Assembly (NCBI RefSeq): GCF_018350175.1
Contig: NC_058370.1
Coordinates: forward strand, 7,006,001 to 7,070,000
Direction: 5' to 3'
DNA length: 64,000 nt
Source: Felis catus
Lineage: Eukaryota
Shown here: piece after piece, positions 23,823-36,106 of the stretch
Numbering within the stretch: position 1 is the first letter of the stretch
Layout: the number at the start of each line of letters is the position of its first letter
The notes under the pieces: generated by a model
Database searches by the model: none
Seen by the model: the letters and a program-made list of their open reading frames with translations, nothing else
Told to the model about the DNA's origin: nothing
Translations under genes and position numbers: made by a program

Positions 23823-24119
23823 AAATATTGCCTATTTAATGTAGGATCTGAACTTTGGCAACGTGGTACTTAATATTAGTTATGACTCTCCCTTCATTAC
23901 TTGGTTATATTTTACTGTAGAAAATGTTTTCTTATCATTGTAAATACGGAACCATCAGATCTCAGAATCCAAGGGATAGAAAATGTAACCGTCATGAGGA
24001 CAGGCCCAGAGAACTTAACCCCAACCTCAGCCCAAACCTCCACTGTGTAGCTGAGACTTAGAGCAGCCCAGAGTGTTCCAGGGCTGCTCAGTGGACGCGT
24101 GATGGATTCTGAGTTTGGC

Positions 24120-24282
24120 TTAGGGCCAGCGACGTCAGGCTCCCTCGAGAGCTTTTAAAATAATAGATTTCAGGGATCTGCTCCTGGAGATTCTGATTTC
24201 AGATTCCACGGCACTGCATTTAAAAAGAAAACAGATAAAAACTCACAATTGATTCTGAGACCGGCCAGACTTGGGAACCACC
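24120..24282. mobile_element. MER5-type hAT-Charlie MITE
   Basis: gagcttttaaaataatagatt...gagattctgattt...ctgcatttaaaaa...tgattctga...ttgggaaccac. Confidence 0.55.
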
Positions 24283-27059
24283 TGTGTAACCCACCCACGT
24301 GTGGGATCCTGGACTGTCTCCACCCCTCCTCCCCCACCCCGACACTGAGGGAAGCTGTGAACCCTGGTGACGCCTGGCTTATTCCCTTCACCATGGCCTC
24401 TCCATTTGGCCATCTACTCTCTCCGGCTATTTGAGGTCGCCATCCACGGCGTCTCCAAGTTACCGGGATCTTAGTTTCATAATCTTTAATGGTAACCGTC
24501 TTAGAATTCTAGAACAAGGTTGAAGGTGACCTTCCCAATCTTTTTACTTTGCACCTGAAGCCTAACTCGGAAAGATCTCTCTCTGCCCATGAATTTGTAG
24601 GGAAAAAGGAACCTAATTTCTAGGCCCTGGAACAATTCAGATTCTCACCGGTTGCATTAGGGAGTGTCTCCTGATGCGTGAATTCCAGGAAGGTATTCCC
24701 AGGTCTAGAATCTGAATGCGAGATTATGAGGGACATTTCCCTGTCTTTTCACTAATCTGGAAGGAAAACAGCCGACAGAGATTTAAGAGGGATTCTTTGT
24801 CATATTTGTCTTCAACTCAAAGGATCATTATATCTTCCTTTTTATCTGAGAAATGGCCTCGAATGGGATTCTTCTCTGCCGCTGTTGGCATTCTTGCTGA
24901 CGCACTCAAAAAGGCCAGGCAAGCAACTTGCTGGGGTAATTGGCAAGGATATGGCCTCTCATTCCATTTAACATAATTAAATCTGATTATATATAATTAG
25001 TCTCTTCTATAGGAGAATTTCCTCGAAAGGTTAAAAAAATCGATTGCTGAGAGTGGGGACTTCGGTTTCCTGTGTTGACCACACGTAGAAATAATAATCT
25101 GTTGAACCACCCTTGTCCGATGTGTTTTATTCAAATATGCCTTCCTTTTTTCACTCAGAGGTATTTAACTTCTTGCCAGAAAACTATAATGAAGATGAAC
25201 CCAAATGAGTAAGTCCAAACACAGCACCATATTTAAAAAAAAAAAAAAACCATTCTTTCTCTGTTATTTTTACCATCCTATGCCCTTAACACGTTAAGTC
25301 ACTTGATTGTAATAAAGAACTAAAAGGAAATGAGTAAACTCATGGAAAAACTTGGGCATTGAAATTTTAGTTGGGTGAAAATAAGCAAAAAGAGGAAAAT
25401 GGCAAAGCAACGATTATGCTGTCAAGACAACCTTTTTCCGACTTTCATCCATCGTATTTGCTGTCTTTCTCTTTCCCTTAATCTCTCACTCAGACATATG
25501 TTTCCTTTCCTGACTAGGAAGTAGGTGGAATAATTTTTGGGTCTTAAACAATAACTTTCCATCTCACAGAAAAACCCACGGTCCTTAGAGAGGCTAATAG
25601 CCTGTTCTGTGGCTTGAGTGCCTTCCTGTCCCTTCCTTCTGATCCAGCGACATGGCCTTCTCCCTGATCCTGTAACCTACAACTCAGGTTCCTAGAAAAA
25701 AAGCCATTTATTCTTCCTGGAATGCTCTATCCACACAGCTCACCCCATTCCTTTTTACTTGTATACCTATCTTATTTTCTGTCTTCTCCAAAGAGTAAGG
25801 AAGCAGGTTGACCGTTGTTTATTTCTGTTCTAATTTACCGCTGATAGCATCTGGATTATCCTATAACCCCATAGTAAGTTCTGAGAAAGCTGTGAGGACA
25901 GCAACAAGGTAATATTTAGATGTGTTGATGATTACTTCTTTTCACCATCACAGTGAAATTAATCAACTTCACGATAAGCCAGAAAATAGATAAAAGGAAT
26001 AATCGGAAAGAACACTGGTTTACAGCAGACTTTTGCTGAACAGACCTGGTTTTAACTAGGCGTTCTAGAATTATAAGGCTGTTACCTTCATGGTCTTTTA
26101 AGTTTACAAATGAAACCTTTTAGGTGATGCATTCTAGATGTTCAGTTTTGACATTAACCAAAGGTTCCCATGTAAGGTATGACTTAAAAGTCATGTAATC
26201 CAAGCCCCCTCTGTACATCCTCATCCAAATCCCCAGTGCTTACACGGGTTCTACAAATTCCTTGTGAATTATTTGTCTTTCTTTTCTTGAATCCTTCTGG
26301 GTTTGTGAAGTCCACCATTACTTATTTAATTAATGAATGAAACATTTATTGAGTGCCTAGTGTGTTCTTGGTTTTGTCTTATGTACCGGGCGCACAAAGA
26401 AAAAGAGGACATGGTCAATAAATTTCACCTATGTTGGTGGCCCAGCAGATCTGATTACTGGAGGGTCGGAATTTACTCTGAACCGGTTGCCTGAGGGGCA
26501 CAACAGTACCTTGCTCTCTGTCAGAGTGAAATCAGTGATCAAGATCTTTAGTCTGATTGGATATCAGCAACTTCATATAATTCAATCTACTGGGGTGGCT
26601 GAAATCTTTATTTCAACCCTTGTAGACATCCAAATTCTTACCTGGATATTTTTGAACTTGACCGTAGAGAACAGGACAGGCTGGGGCAGACCCATGGGCG
26701 ATCCTGACTGTGAGCGCTCACTAGCATGGCAGGTGCCTCTATCCCCATACTGGGTCCTACCGAGATGGGTAGTGCAGCCTGCCGTCTGGTTTCACAGACA
26801 TGTCTGAAATCACACAAGCACTTGTGATGTAGAAAAGTTTTACTAAAGATCAGAAGGCCTTGTGATGACCAGGAGTAAGGTGCCGTGAGGTAAACAAGTT
26901 CATGTTGTCTGAAGATTCGTGTTTTACTTAGGGTACGTTTCATGCTGCTGTAACAAGGAGGTCTCAAAATACTATGGATCTGTGAGACAAAAGTTGATTT
27001 CTCACCCACCAAACGGCGTTGGCAGAGGTGGTTCAGTGCTGGTCCAGGGATAGATGAAT

Positions 27060-27601
27060 AGAGACATGAAGCCATCGATTAATCAGTTACGGGCACATTG
27101 CAGGGCATGTCTGTGTTTGCACCCACACATCTACACAAAATCAGTGTTCGTGGTAGTTACCAATGCTGACTCATTCAGATGGGTTGTACGGGCTGCTCTG
27201 ATACCCTGAGCGGTGGGATCGGTCAACATGATTTTTCCAAAATGATGAGTAACTTTTGGTAATATTTGTAACAAAAAGCACGCCTCTTGAACAGAATTAA
27301 GAAAAAAAAAAACACCAATTCCCTTGATTATATGGTAATTACATTCATGAAAAATTAACTTTTATTCAAATGATGCAAAATAGGTAGTTTCTCTACGTCC
27401 GGTGGGGCCATTCAAATGTCATGTAGATGTGGAAACAACCTTTCATTAGGTCAGGTCTGTCTAGTGTTTCAGAGGACATCTAGCCCCCGTGGCCCACCCA
27501 CCAAATGCTAGTATTGCCCCTAAGTATTATAACAATAAAAATGCCCCCAGGGTGTCCAAAATGTCCCCAGACCACAGCATTGCCCCTACTGAGAGCCACT
27601 G
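27060..27601. mobile_element. MER20B-like hAT-Charlie fragment
   Basis: atttttccaaaatgatgagtaact; ends tgcccctactgagagccactg (Charlie TIR); homologous to 43851-44701. Confidence 0.6.
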
Positions 27602-28639
27602 CTCAGAAGGAACGTGGATAGAAGGCTCTCTCTGACTTTGGGACCAAGGTTCATCTTGAGCAAAAGCAAAGTAGTTCCCATCCATGTACCTTCTTCCAAA
27701 GGTTTAGATTGTAAGAAAGCTAAGTTCTTGCCCTTAGTGAGTGGCACAGGCTGAAATGAGTGAACACCTGTGTGCAGACACATTAACCGAATCACCTAAC
27801 GTCCTCTTGGACTTGATGAGTGTGATTTTCTCCATGTGGAATTGAGTGAGAATTTTTTTTCTTTTTTCTTTTTTTTTTTTTGAGGAAGAAAAGGCAAAGC
27901 AATCTTCTTCGGCTACAAATGTCTTAGGCCCATTATTGTAAGACGTGTGAAAGTACTACATTTACAGAAAGGTCTAAGTAATCGCAAACAAGGTGAGGAA
28001 ATTTACTTCTAACGGGCAAGATATAATCTCCCTAAAAGGAACCTTAAAGTAGGACTTATTCAGCTGTACATTTAGGTTACTTTGCTGTCAAGGGAAACTG
28101 GAGGAAGATTTGAGGGCAAATGTTACCCTGAAATACACACACAGCTGCATGCAAGTATCTAGGGCACAGTTTTGCTGCAGTTAAGTAGAAGGCCTTAATC
28201 ATTCTTGCAAACGTTTAGCTCCTGGTAATAAACAAGTTTCTTTCTTAATGATCAGATCCTCCTTCTTTAGCCTTTTTATTTTTTAGTTTTTTTTTTTTTT
28301 TAAACATTCTTGGCTACTGAATCCTTGTTTTTCAGGTAGGTCTGCGATTAGTGATTATGCATGAGTGCAACAAGCTGTCACTTCTTGGTGCCTCCTACTC
28401 TCCAACTCTAAAATGGAGAAGCAGGTTAACTAGATATTCTGACGGCCCTTCCAGCTCGAGGTTTTAGGTTTCGGGGACCTAATTGTAGCTGAATGACCCT
28501 GTATTTAATAGCAAGGATATTCTTCCAATAATGGGTGAGATGACTGACTTTCCAAGTAAGAATTTAGGAGACCCTGCAAATTCAAATGATTCTTCTGCAA
28601 TGTCTTGTTTCTTACTTACTAAGTAATCTCTGCAGCACA

Positions 28640-28790
28640 TTATCTGGGTTTGGATTTCAGGCATGCTGCTCACTGGCTATGTGACCTTGGGACAACAACT
28701 GAACACCTCGATGCCTCAGTTTCTTCATGTGTGAAATGGAAATATTGCCGTCTCAAGCGTTCTTGTGAGTAGAAAGGAAATCTGCCTCAT
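28640..28790 (+). mobile_element. MIR
   Basis: ggctatgtgaccttggga...tgcctcagtttcttcatgtgtgaaatgg core. Confidence 0.8.
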
Positions 28791-29429
28791 TGAGCTGCTC
28801 AGAATGGTCTTCAGCATGTTTTAGGCTCTCAGCTTTATCTGATTTCTTAAACCCCTGGTTCCTGGCACAAGGTGGAAATGTGGTCAATATTCACTGCACT
28901 GAATGAGGTCATTTCATCCCTGGACAGATCTCCAGACTCACTTTTACCTATTGCCAGGGCTTGATGTAGACAGTTTGGTATTCAGTATTTCACATTTGGA
29001 TTTGTGATGAATTTCTGGAATCATATCGAATGTGGTCTCCACAGATAGCATGGAGCATTTTCCCAGGCTGTCATTTGTGGCTCTGTAGCAGTTCTGCTAA
29101 CACATTTCGGGAGTTACCCCCTAATGACAGTTTTACAACACGGTAATTTCACTTAGTCCATAACCTTGAGAGAGGTGCGCTTGGGGTTCCTATTATAATG
29201 TAACAAATGAAGGCTTGAGTCTTCCCATTCACGTCAAGTATATGGATTTTAACCCTGGGAGGATTTTACTTTTCCATTATCAAAATGCTAAGTTTTATGG
29301 GCTTCGGTTTTTCCCTAAATTGATACAGTTCCGCTGTATCCTTCAAATGCTAAGGACTACTCTCTGTCTTCATTCCCTGTCTGTGTGGGGATTTCAAACA
29401 TCAATCAGAGATAGTGGGGCCAAGATGAG

Positions 29430-29548
29430 TGCGATAGACTGAATGTTTGCATGGCCCCCAAATTCGTACGTTGAAATCTAAACCCCAGGGTGATGGTGTT
29501 GACAATGCGGAACCCTCGTGGATGGGGTGAGAGCCCGTGTAAAAGACA
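29430..29548 (+). mobile_element. MLT1A-like LTR 5' fragment
   Basis: tgcgatagactgaatgtttgcatggcccccaaattcgtacgttgaaatctaaacccc. Confidence 0.75.
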
Positions 29549-31215
29549 TTCTGGCTGTTTTGTATTCTTGGCCCCCAGAAGAAGTCTGGCACAAAGTAGG
29601 ATCTCAGTAAATGTTTGATGAATGAAGACATGTTTCCCTCTCAAGAAAAATAGCAGAATATTTTCATATTTCAGGCTCACCAACGAATACTGTGCTTGTA
29701 AACACAAGCATACTTTTGCAGAGATTTATGACGGCATTAATCCACTGGGAAACATAACAGTATTTGGTTCTTCAGAGGAAAGATACTCTTTAATATTAGT
29801 AGACAGTATTAAACTACTCTTTTGTCTGATATAAGTTATTAACTACCCACCATACAATAAAAAAATCGAGGAAGGACTTAAACAGTTATATCTTGGTCTT
29901 AAATGAATAAAAGGAAGTATTTCTTGACTTTCAAAATAAACCAGGAGTCCCAAAGTTTCTAAATGTGCTAGTGGGCTGGTCTTCGACAGGAACCAGTCAC
30001 TCTTGGTTAACATAAAGGAAATGTCCTGAGTCTGGTAATTCAATTTTAAGATCAATGTTGTTCAATTATTTAGTAATAAATCCTTCTAGAACAGCATTAC
30101 ATAAGCACTGTGCTATATTTTTAATAGGGTTGGGGGAGTTGGGATTGCAATTTATTGATCTGATGAGACTATGGGAGACTGATAAATTTCTGCAAAATGC
30201 CAGAGTGTGCCCAACAACACTGAATAGTTCTGAGAAATTACGCTCGTAGTTTTGCATTAAGACCAGACTGCAAAGCACCGGCTTCTTTTTAGGGCGCAAT
30301 CCGTCTCGGTAGACACCCTTCTATCTGAGGGAAAGTTCTAAGGTCAGGATGTAAGACCAAAACCATCCGCAAGGAAAACTATCTTTGAAAATCTCCCAGG
30401 GAGTCCTCACATTGGAAGCTGACATACTGTCGGTCAATGAAGTCAACCTGGCCACTTTTGCTCTTGGGTAGGAAGGGGTCTCTGTTTTGTCCGAGTGAAG
30501 CCCCACACGAGGCAGTCGGGTTGTGTTTTGAGGCAATGCTGTAGAAAAGTGAGTTCTGCATCTTGAAGCTCCAGGGTCTGACGATCACACTTTGAAAGAC
30601 AATTGAGGAAGGGGAAGAGGGGCAGGCATCACAGATTTGTGTTTTCTCATCACACTCTCTGTGGAGCAACTTATTCATCGGCTGGATGGCGAGGACCGAT
30701 GCTTGCGCTGTCGAAGCCTTAGCTGAACTCTGTTAGTTGAGCTCCACTCCACCAACTTGCCCGATTGAATGACTGCCCTTGTTCCCTCTGCAAGGAACAC
30801 TGGCCGCTTCGCCCTCCACGCCAGCCCCACTTTGCTGGTGGGTTTCTATCTAATTCTCTCACATACATCTATTAAGCTCTGTGTTTACCAAGTGGTAGCT
30901 CTGTTGTCTCAAATCTGTTCATGGTAGTGGTACTTGCAGTATAATTATACAATTTAATTAAGTAATATGTAAACTGATAAGTTATGGGTGTGAAAAGAGA
31001 ATTATCTCTACGAAACTAAATTGAATGCTTTGGAAAAATTTGATAAAGGCAATTAGCTAAAAAGTGCTGTCAGATGAGGTGTGAGGGAGACAAATGTTAA
31101 GACGGTGAAAATATGAAAATCTGGGTGTTGGAACTCAAATTCTATGAAAAGTTTCTTGAAGTCTTACAGCATTTGTAGACACTGAAAGTGGGAATTAGAA
31201 ATATGCATTATATTT

Positions 31216-31247
31216 CTTTTTATTTTTAAATTAAAAAAATTAAGTGT

Positions 31248-31283
<36 letters not shown>

Positions 31284-31470
31284 TGTGTGTGTGTGTGTAA
31301 GCGGGGGAGGGGCAGAGAGAGGGAGACACAGAATCGGAAGCAGGCTCCAGGCTCTGAGCTGTCAGCCCAGAGCCCGCTGCAGGGCTCAAACTCATGAACC
31401 GTGAGATCATGACCTGAGCCGAAGTTGGGCACTTAACCCACTGAAAGCAACCAAGCCACCCAGGTGCCCC
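31216..31470 (-). mobile_element. CAN-SINE with (GA)n(GT)n expansion
   Basis: TSD atatgcattatattt vs atatgtgttatattt. Confidence 0.95.
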
Positions 31471-31590
31471 AAGATATGTGTTATATTTCATGTGAGAAAC
31501 CAAATGTGGAACTCCAATCAGCATATGTACACATGAATTCTACATGAAAAATGGGAATATTGTGGATTTCTGTATTGAAAAGATAAATCA

Positions 31591-31813
31591 GGGGTGCCTC
31601 GGTGGCTCAGTCAGTTATGCCTCCAACTTCGGCTCAGGTCATGATCTCACAGCTTTTGAGTTCGAGCCCCACATTGGGCTCTGGGATGACAGCTCAGAGC
31701 CTGGAGCCTGCTTTGGATTCTGTGTCCCTATCTGGCTCTGCCCCTCCCTTGCTCATGCTCTGTCTCTCTCTCTCTTTCTCTCCCAAGAATAAAACATTAA
31801 AAAAAAAAAAAAA
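31591..31813 (+). mobile_element. CAN-SINE
   Basis: ggggtgcctcggtggctcagtc head, (CT)n, poly-A. Confidence 0.95.
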
Positions 31814-31824
31814 GATGACCCCTT

Positions 31825-32280
31825 AGGGCAGAGACTGAATTCTTCACTAGTATTTGTTCTTTATTTCTTTCCTTAGTAATAGAAACCCTGAAAGTGAGCT
31901 GGACCCAGCATCCAGGCTAGAGAGTAAATTTCTAAGGTGCCTTATGGCTCCTTATGACCATATGCCTAAACTTGGCCAAAGGAATGTGAACAGAAATGAG
32001 ATGTCCTGTTTTCTGTCACATCCTTAAGAGGGATGGGTGTGTTCACTTTGATCTTCCTCTTCCCATTGGCAAGAACACAGAAACAGTAACAGGTACTGAA
32101 ACTGCTTCCCCAGACCTGGGGGTGAGGGGATCTCTGTGCTGAGATAGACCTACCCCATCGGCCCCGGACCACCTCTGCTTCCTCTGTACTGTTTCATGGG
32201 GGAGAAATCAGCTTCTGTCTTTATTCATCTGTATTTTGGGGCTCTATTTGTGCTAGCAACATAGAATGTATCCTAACACA
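31825..32280 (+). mobile_element. MaLR LTR, MLT1J-like
   Basis: ttccttagtaatagaaaccc...gaccatatgcctaaacttggccaaaggaatgtgaacagaa...ends tcctaacaca. Confidence 0.7.
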
Positions 32281-32859
32281 TTGTTTAAATTTTGATATAA
32301 ATATATATGTACATATATACAATTTATATCAAGATTTACCTTTTTGCACGTAGCATATCATATATGTACTTGTGTAATTATATAATATATATAATTATCT
32401 GATTTTCACTTTATTTTATCATTTATTTATTTTTTTGCACTTCAAATGACCTTTTCAATTAACTAGGCAATCTCTCAGTCCTGATAACAAAGCTTCTACT
32501 GTATTATTTTTCCTCTCCTTTTAAACCGAGCATGAAAGTTGAGCTCTTTGGGTGAGAACTGATTTTGTATCTCTACAACAACGTACCACACAACACCTTT
32601 GTCTGGTTAAGTCCCATGAGTAGTATAGGATTGGCCAGCTAGCAATTGTCAGCAGTTGTAACTGGGGGAAGAAAGGGCAAATCCTCAGAGACAATTACCT
32701 GCACCCCTAATGGTAGCCGTTTGGGAGGACCCCATGGCTGTCATTAACACTGAAGCTTATGTGAATGGCATCCCCAGTGTTAGGCAGTGCACAGCCTGAG
32801 CAACTGTACATGGAGCTTTTGCTGATTCTTGCTGAAGGAAAACGACCACATTAATCAAC

Positions 32860-33800
32860 CATTGATACCTGGTGTTGGTAAGAATGTTTCAAAGCAGACA
32901 CTCATATATTGTCGGTAAGAATGCCAATTGGTAAAGTTTTTGTGGAGGCCAGTATCTATCAAAAATTAAATACTACATTTGCCTTGAGCAAGATTGTCTT
33001 CTTCTAGGAAGTTATTTTATTTATTAATTTATTAAATTTAATTTGCTTATTTTGAGAGAGAGAGAGAGAGATTGAGAGAGATTGTGCTGACACAGGCTTA
33101 ATTCTCACAAACCGTGAGATCATGACCTGAGGTGAAATCAAGAGTCAGACGCTTCACTGAGCCACCCCGGTACTCCTAGGAGGTTATTTTGAAGAGATTA
33201 TTATAAATATGGATGGAGCTCTGTGTTCAAGCGCATCCCTTGCAACAGGGGAAAAAGTATAAGTGCCCCTTTTCTACCCTTTCATTACTTTCTTCAAGAC
33301 ATGTTATAGGAGCTCATAGAAAGCATACAATTTATGGAAATTCAGACTGGACAAGATGCACAGTGACCCTGACCTCATGGAGCTTACCTTCCCACAGGGT
33401 ATCAGATTCACCGTAAACAGACGAATAAATACATACGTGTCACTGTGTCAGATAGTCATTAAGGCAATGGATACATAATTTGTGTTTCATCCATATCATG
33501 GAATGCTATTAAGCCATAAGAGAATGACCTATACAGTTACTAAAGATATACTGTCAGATGAAAGAAAAAGTCACACTGTGATACAATGTGAGTAGTAAGA
33601 TAGGAATAGTATAAAAAGTCTATGTTTATGGACATATATACACCTGTAATTGTACAGAAACCACGTGAAGCATGGGCACCGGGACATCCACAAGAGCTCT
33701 CCCTGGGGTGAGAGTCTCAGTGCCAGGCAAGCGCTCGTGTGTATGTGGCAGGGGGTAGGGGTAAGAACGTGGGGAAGTTTGATACTTTATTCTGCATCAT
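32860..33800 (+). mobile_element. Degraded L1ME 3' region (contains SINE and probable L2 inserts)
   Basis: gtgttggtaagaatg..gacactcatatattg; atccatatcatggaatgctattaagccataag. Confidence 0.55.
33019..33175 (-). mobile_element. Internally deleted CAN-SINE
   Basis: TSD ctagga(a/g)gttatttt at 33004-33018 and 33176-33190; middle segment absent. Confidence 0.9.
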
Positions 33801-34643
33801 GGCATCTTCCACACTGAGACTATGTTCCCACTTCCTTTCGGTTCTTTAAAAGAAGAAACCCACAAGAAATAATCAATGCTTCCGTAAAGCTGTGAAGGGT
33901 ATAGGGCCCTGGAGAAAGATCCTCTCCTGTTCAGATGTTAGGACTGCAAATTTGTCTAAACTTTCTAGAAGGCCACAGCGAAATGGCTTTAAAAAGCTCA
34001 AGTTTTCAAAGTAGAAATTTCGTATCTACAAGTTTAGCCTAGAGAAGTAATATGATGTGGAAGAGAAATTTAAATGGAAAAATGATGTTCAACCACAGGG
34101 AAATGACTAAATAAATTATAGCAATTCCATGTGATGAAATATTACACAGTTTAAAATCTTGTTTTAGTGACTCTGCACGTATATAAATGCTCATGACGTG
34201 ACAATTTGTGAACAAAGCAGCAAACCAACACTTCCCTCGTGGTTTATGATCCAATGTTGTAATAAAGTTTGTCTGCCTATGTATCTGGCTGTATGTCCGT
34301 ATGTTGTATGTATGTATGTATGTATGTATCCATGTATGCATCCATCCATTCACCTAACCTAACCATCACTTTTTAAGTGATACTGTTAATGTGTAATTGT
34401 GATTGTCCTAGAAATAATTTTGTAAGATGTTCCAGGGATGTGCACTGCAGAGGTATCACTTTGATAAACACTCACACCTACATGCACAGCCATACGAGCT
34501 GTCCTATAGCACAAATACCAGACATAAAAGGAACCCACCCAGGTGTGGCAACTGGTACCATCATCTCTTTGGGTTTTTGCTGTGCCAACTCAAAGGATCA
34601 TTAATCCAGAGGAAAAATGTACTATCCTAACACTTACCATGAA

Positions 34644-34712
34644 TCGCATCGAGTCACGTGAAATTGCTGTTTGTAGGTTAAAAATACTGGCAATTTTATA
34701 TGGTCCAACGTC
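34644..34712. mobile_element. MADE2-like mariner MITE
   Basis: Imperfect palindrome cacgtgaaattgc...tttgtaggttaaaaat...gcaattttatatggtccaac. Confidence 0.7.
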
Positions 34713-35893
34713 TTATGTGTAGCTTGCATATTCTTTCATCTGAATGAAATTGCTCGACGCCTCCAGACGCATCCTTTACTGTAAAGGGCCGTTCTGTCTG
34801 GGGGACCTGGGATGAAGGTGGTCATGTGCTTTATCTGGGGGGGATGCTGGATTTCTGCAATACTTAGAAAGGCCTCAAGCTTCACCCGTGCTATCACTGT
34901 TGTAAATCAGTAGTATTTTAACAACGGGCTCCATGTTTTCATTTGCACTGGGCCCCTCAAATTTGATAATGATCCTAAATTCGAATATTCTTGAAGCCAA
35001 TGGCCTGTGATTTCAAGTATGCATATGAAGAAGACGGTATTTTTGGAAACCCGAAGGGAGCAGTCAAATAAAATTGCCCTCATTTTCTAAGCCATAAACC
35101 TATGCACATTAACACCAGCCTCTGTGTCATTGGGAACATCTCAGGGGATGGAGTAGGTGGCCGGGTGTAGGAGGTAATGGAAGGCATCACTGGGTTCTTC
35201 TAACCAAAAAAAAAAAAAAAACCGATAAAGTTATATAACTCCCCAGGGTCCAAATGGGCCGGTGGAGTTCTCATTATTGCATTCATAAGCTTTCCATATG
35301 CCCATCAAGAAGAAAAGGCATTCTACTTGCTTGCTTTTGGAATGGAACTGGCAGGAAATAAAACAGCTCTGACTTCTGTTGTGTCCCCCAAATACAGCAA
35401 ATATGATGCTTGTTAGGTTGGGTTCCTGCCTTATTAAAACCGTGCTCTCAGCACAAGTTACTCAGCTATGCTCCTGCTTTCTGCCGGAATGATACCCTTA
35501 CTTAATGGAGAGGAGAGGGAAATACAGCGGATGGAACTGAAGTTTGTCAATGACCTTCTCTCCAACACCTAGGAAACATACCACTGCATGTGATCCGTCA
35601 TACTTTTGAGGGTTTGTGGTATAGCCGCTCTAAACCAATAAAATTTCTAGAATGAATATGCTCAGGAGGGAGTCCTTGCTTATATGGCCTTGTGCCCATG
35701 CCTTTTATATGGCCTTTTCAAATCAAGCGATGTTCTGTTGTCTGTATATCCTGGTATGGAATTTGTCAGCAGAAAACTTCAGTCCTTTTGCATACTATAT
35801 CCACACCCACGAATATATCCCAAGTGAATAGCTAGTGGTGTTTACAAACACTTAAGTACAAAAACACTTATTTCAGGGATGCTTAAAATCTTT

Positions 35894-36106
35894 GTTTTAA
35901 TTAATTTATTCTTCAGAGAGAGAGTGTGTGTGTGTGTGTGTGTGTGTGAACAGGAAAGGCTCAGAGAGAGAGGGAGAGCGAGAATCCCAAGCAAGCACTG
36001 TCAGTGCAGAGCCGGACGTGAGGCTTGAACTCATGAATCATGAGATCATGACCTGAGCCAAAATCAAGAGGCAGACGTTTAACCAACTGAGCCATCAAGG
36101 CACCCC
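35894..36106 (-). mobile_element. CAN-SINE with (GT)n
   Basis: TSD cttaaaatcttt at 35882-35893 and 36108-36119. Confidence 0.95.

Larger units (their letters stand above)
30720..32501 (+). mobile_element. Ancient Tigger (Tigger13a-like) with decayed transposase N-terminus, split by two SINEs and an MLT1 LTR
   Basis: From 30984 broken reading MGVKR..TKLNALEKFDKG..GVRETNVK (CENP-B/psq HTH-like); ggaactccaatcagc after the first SINE; right end agcttctactg followed by TA. Confidence 0.7.

Noticed and set aside
27235-27260. C-box-like atgatga shared with 44202
   Set aside because: Homologous position in two MER20B-like copies; no terminal stem or D-box arrangement of a snoRNA
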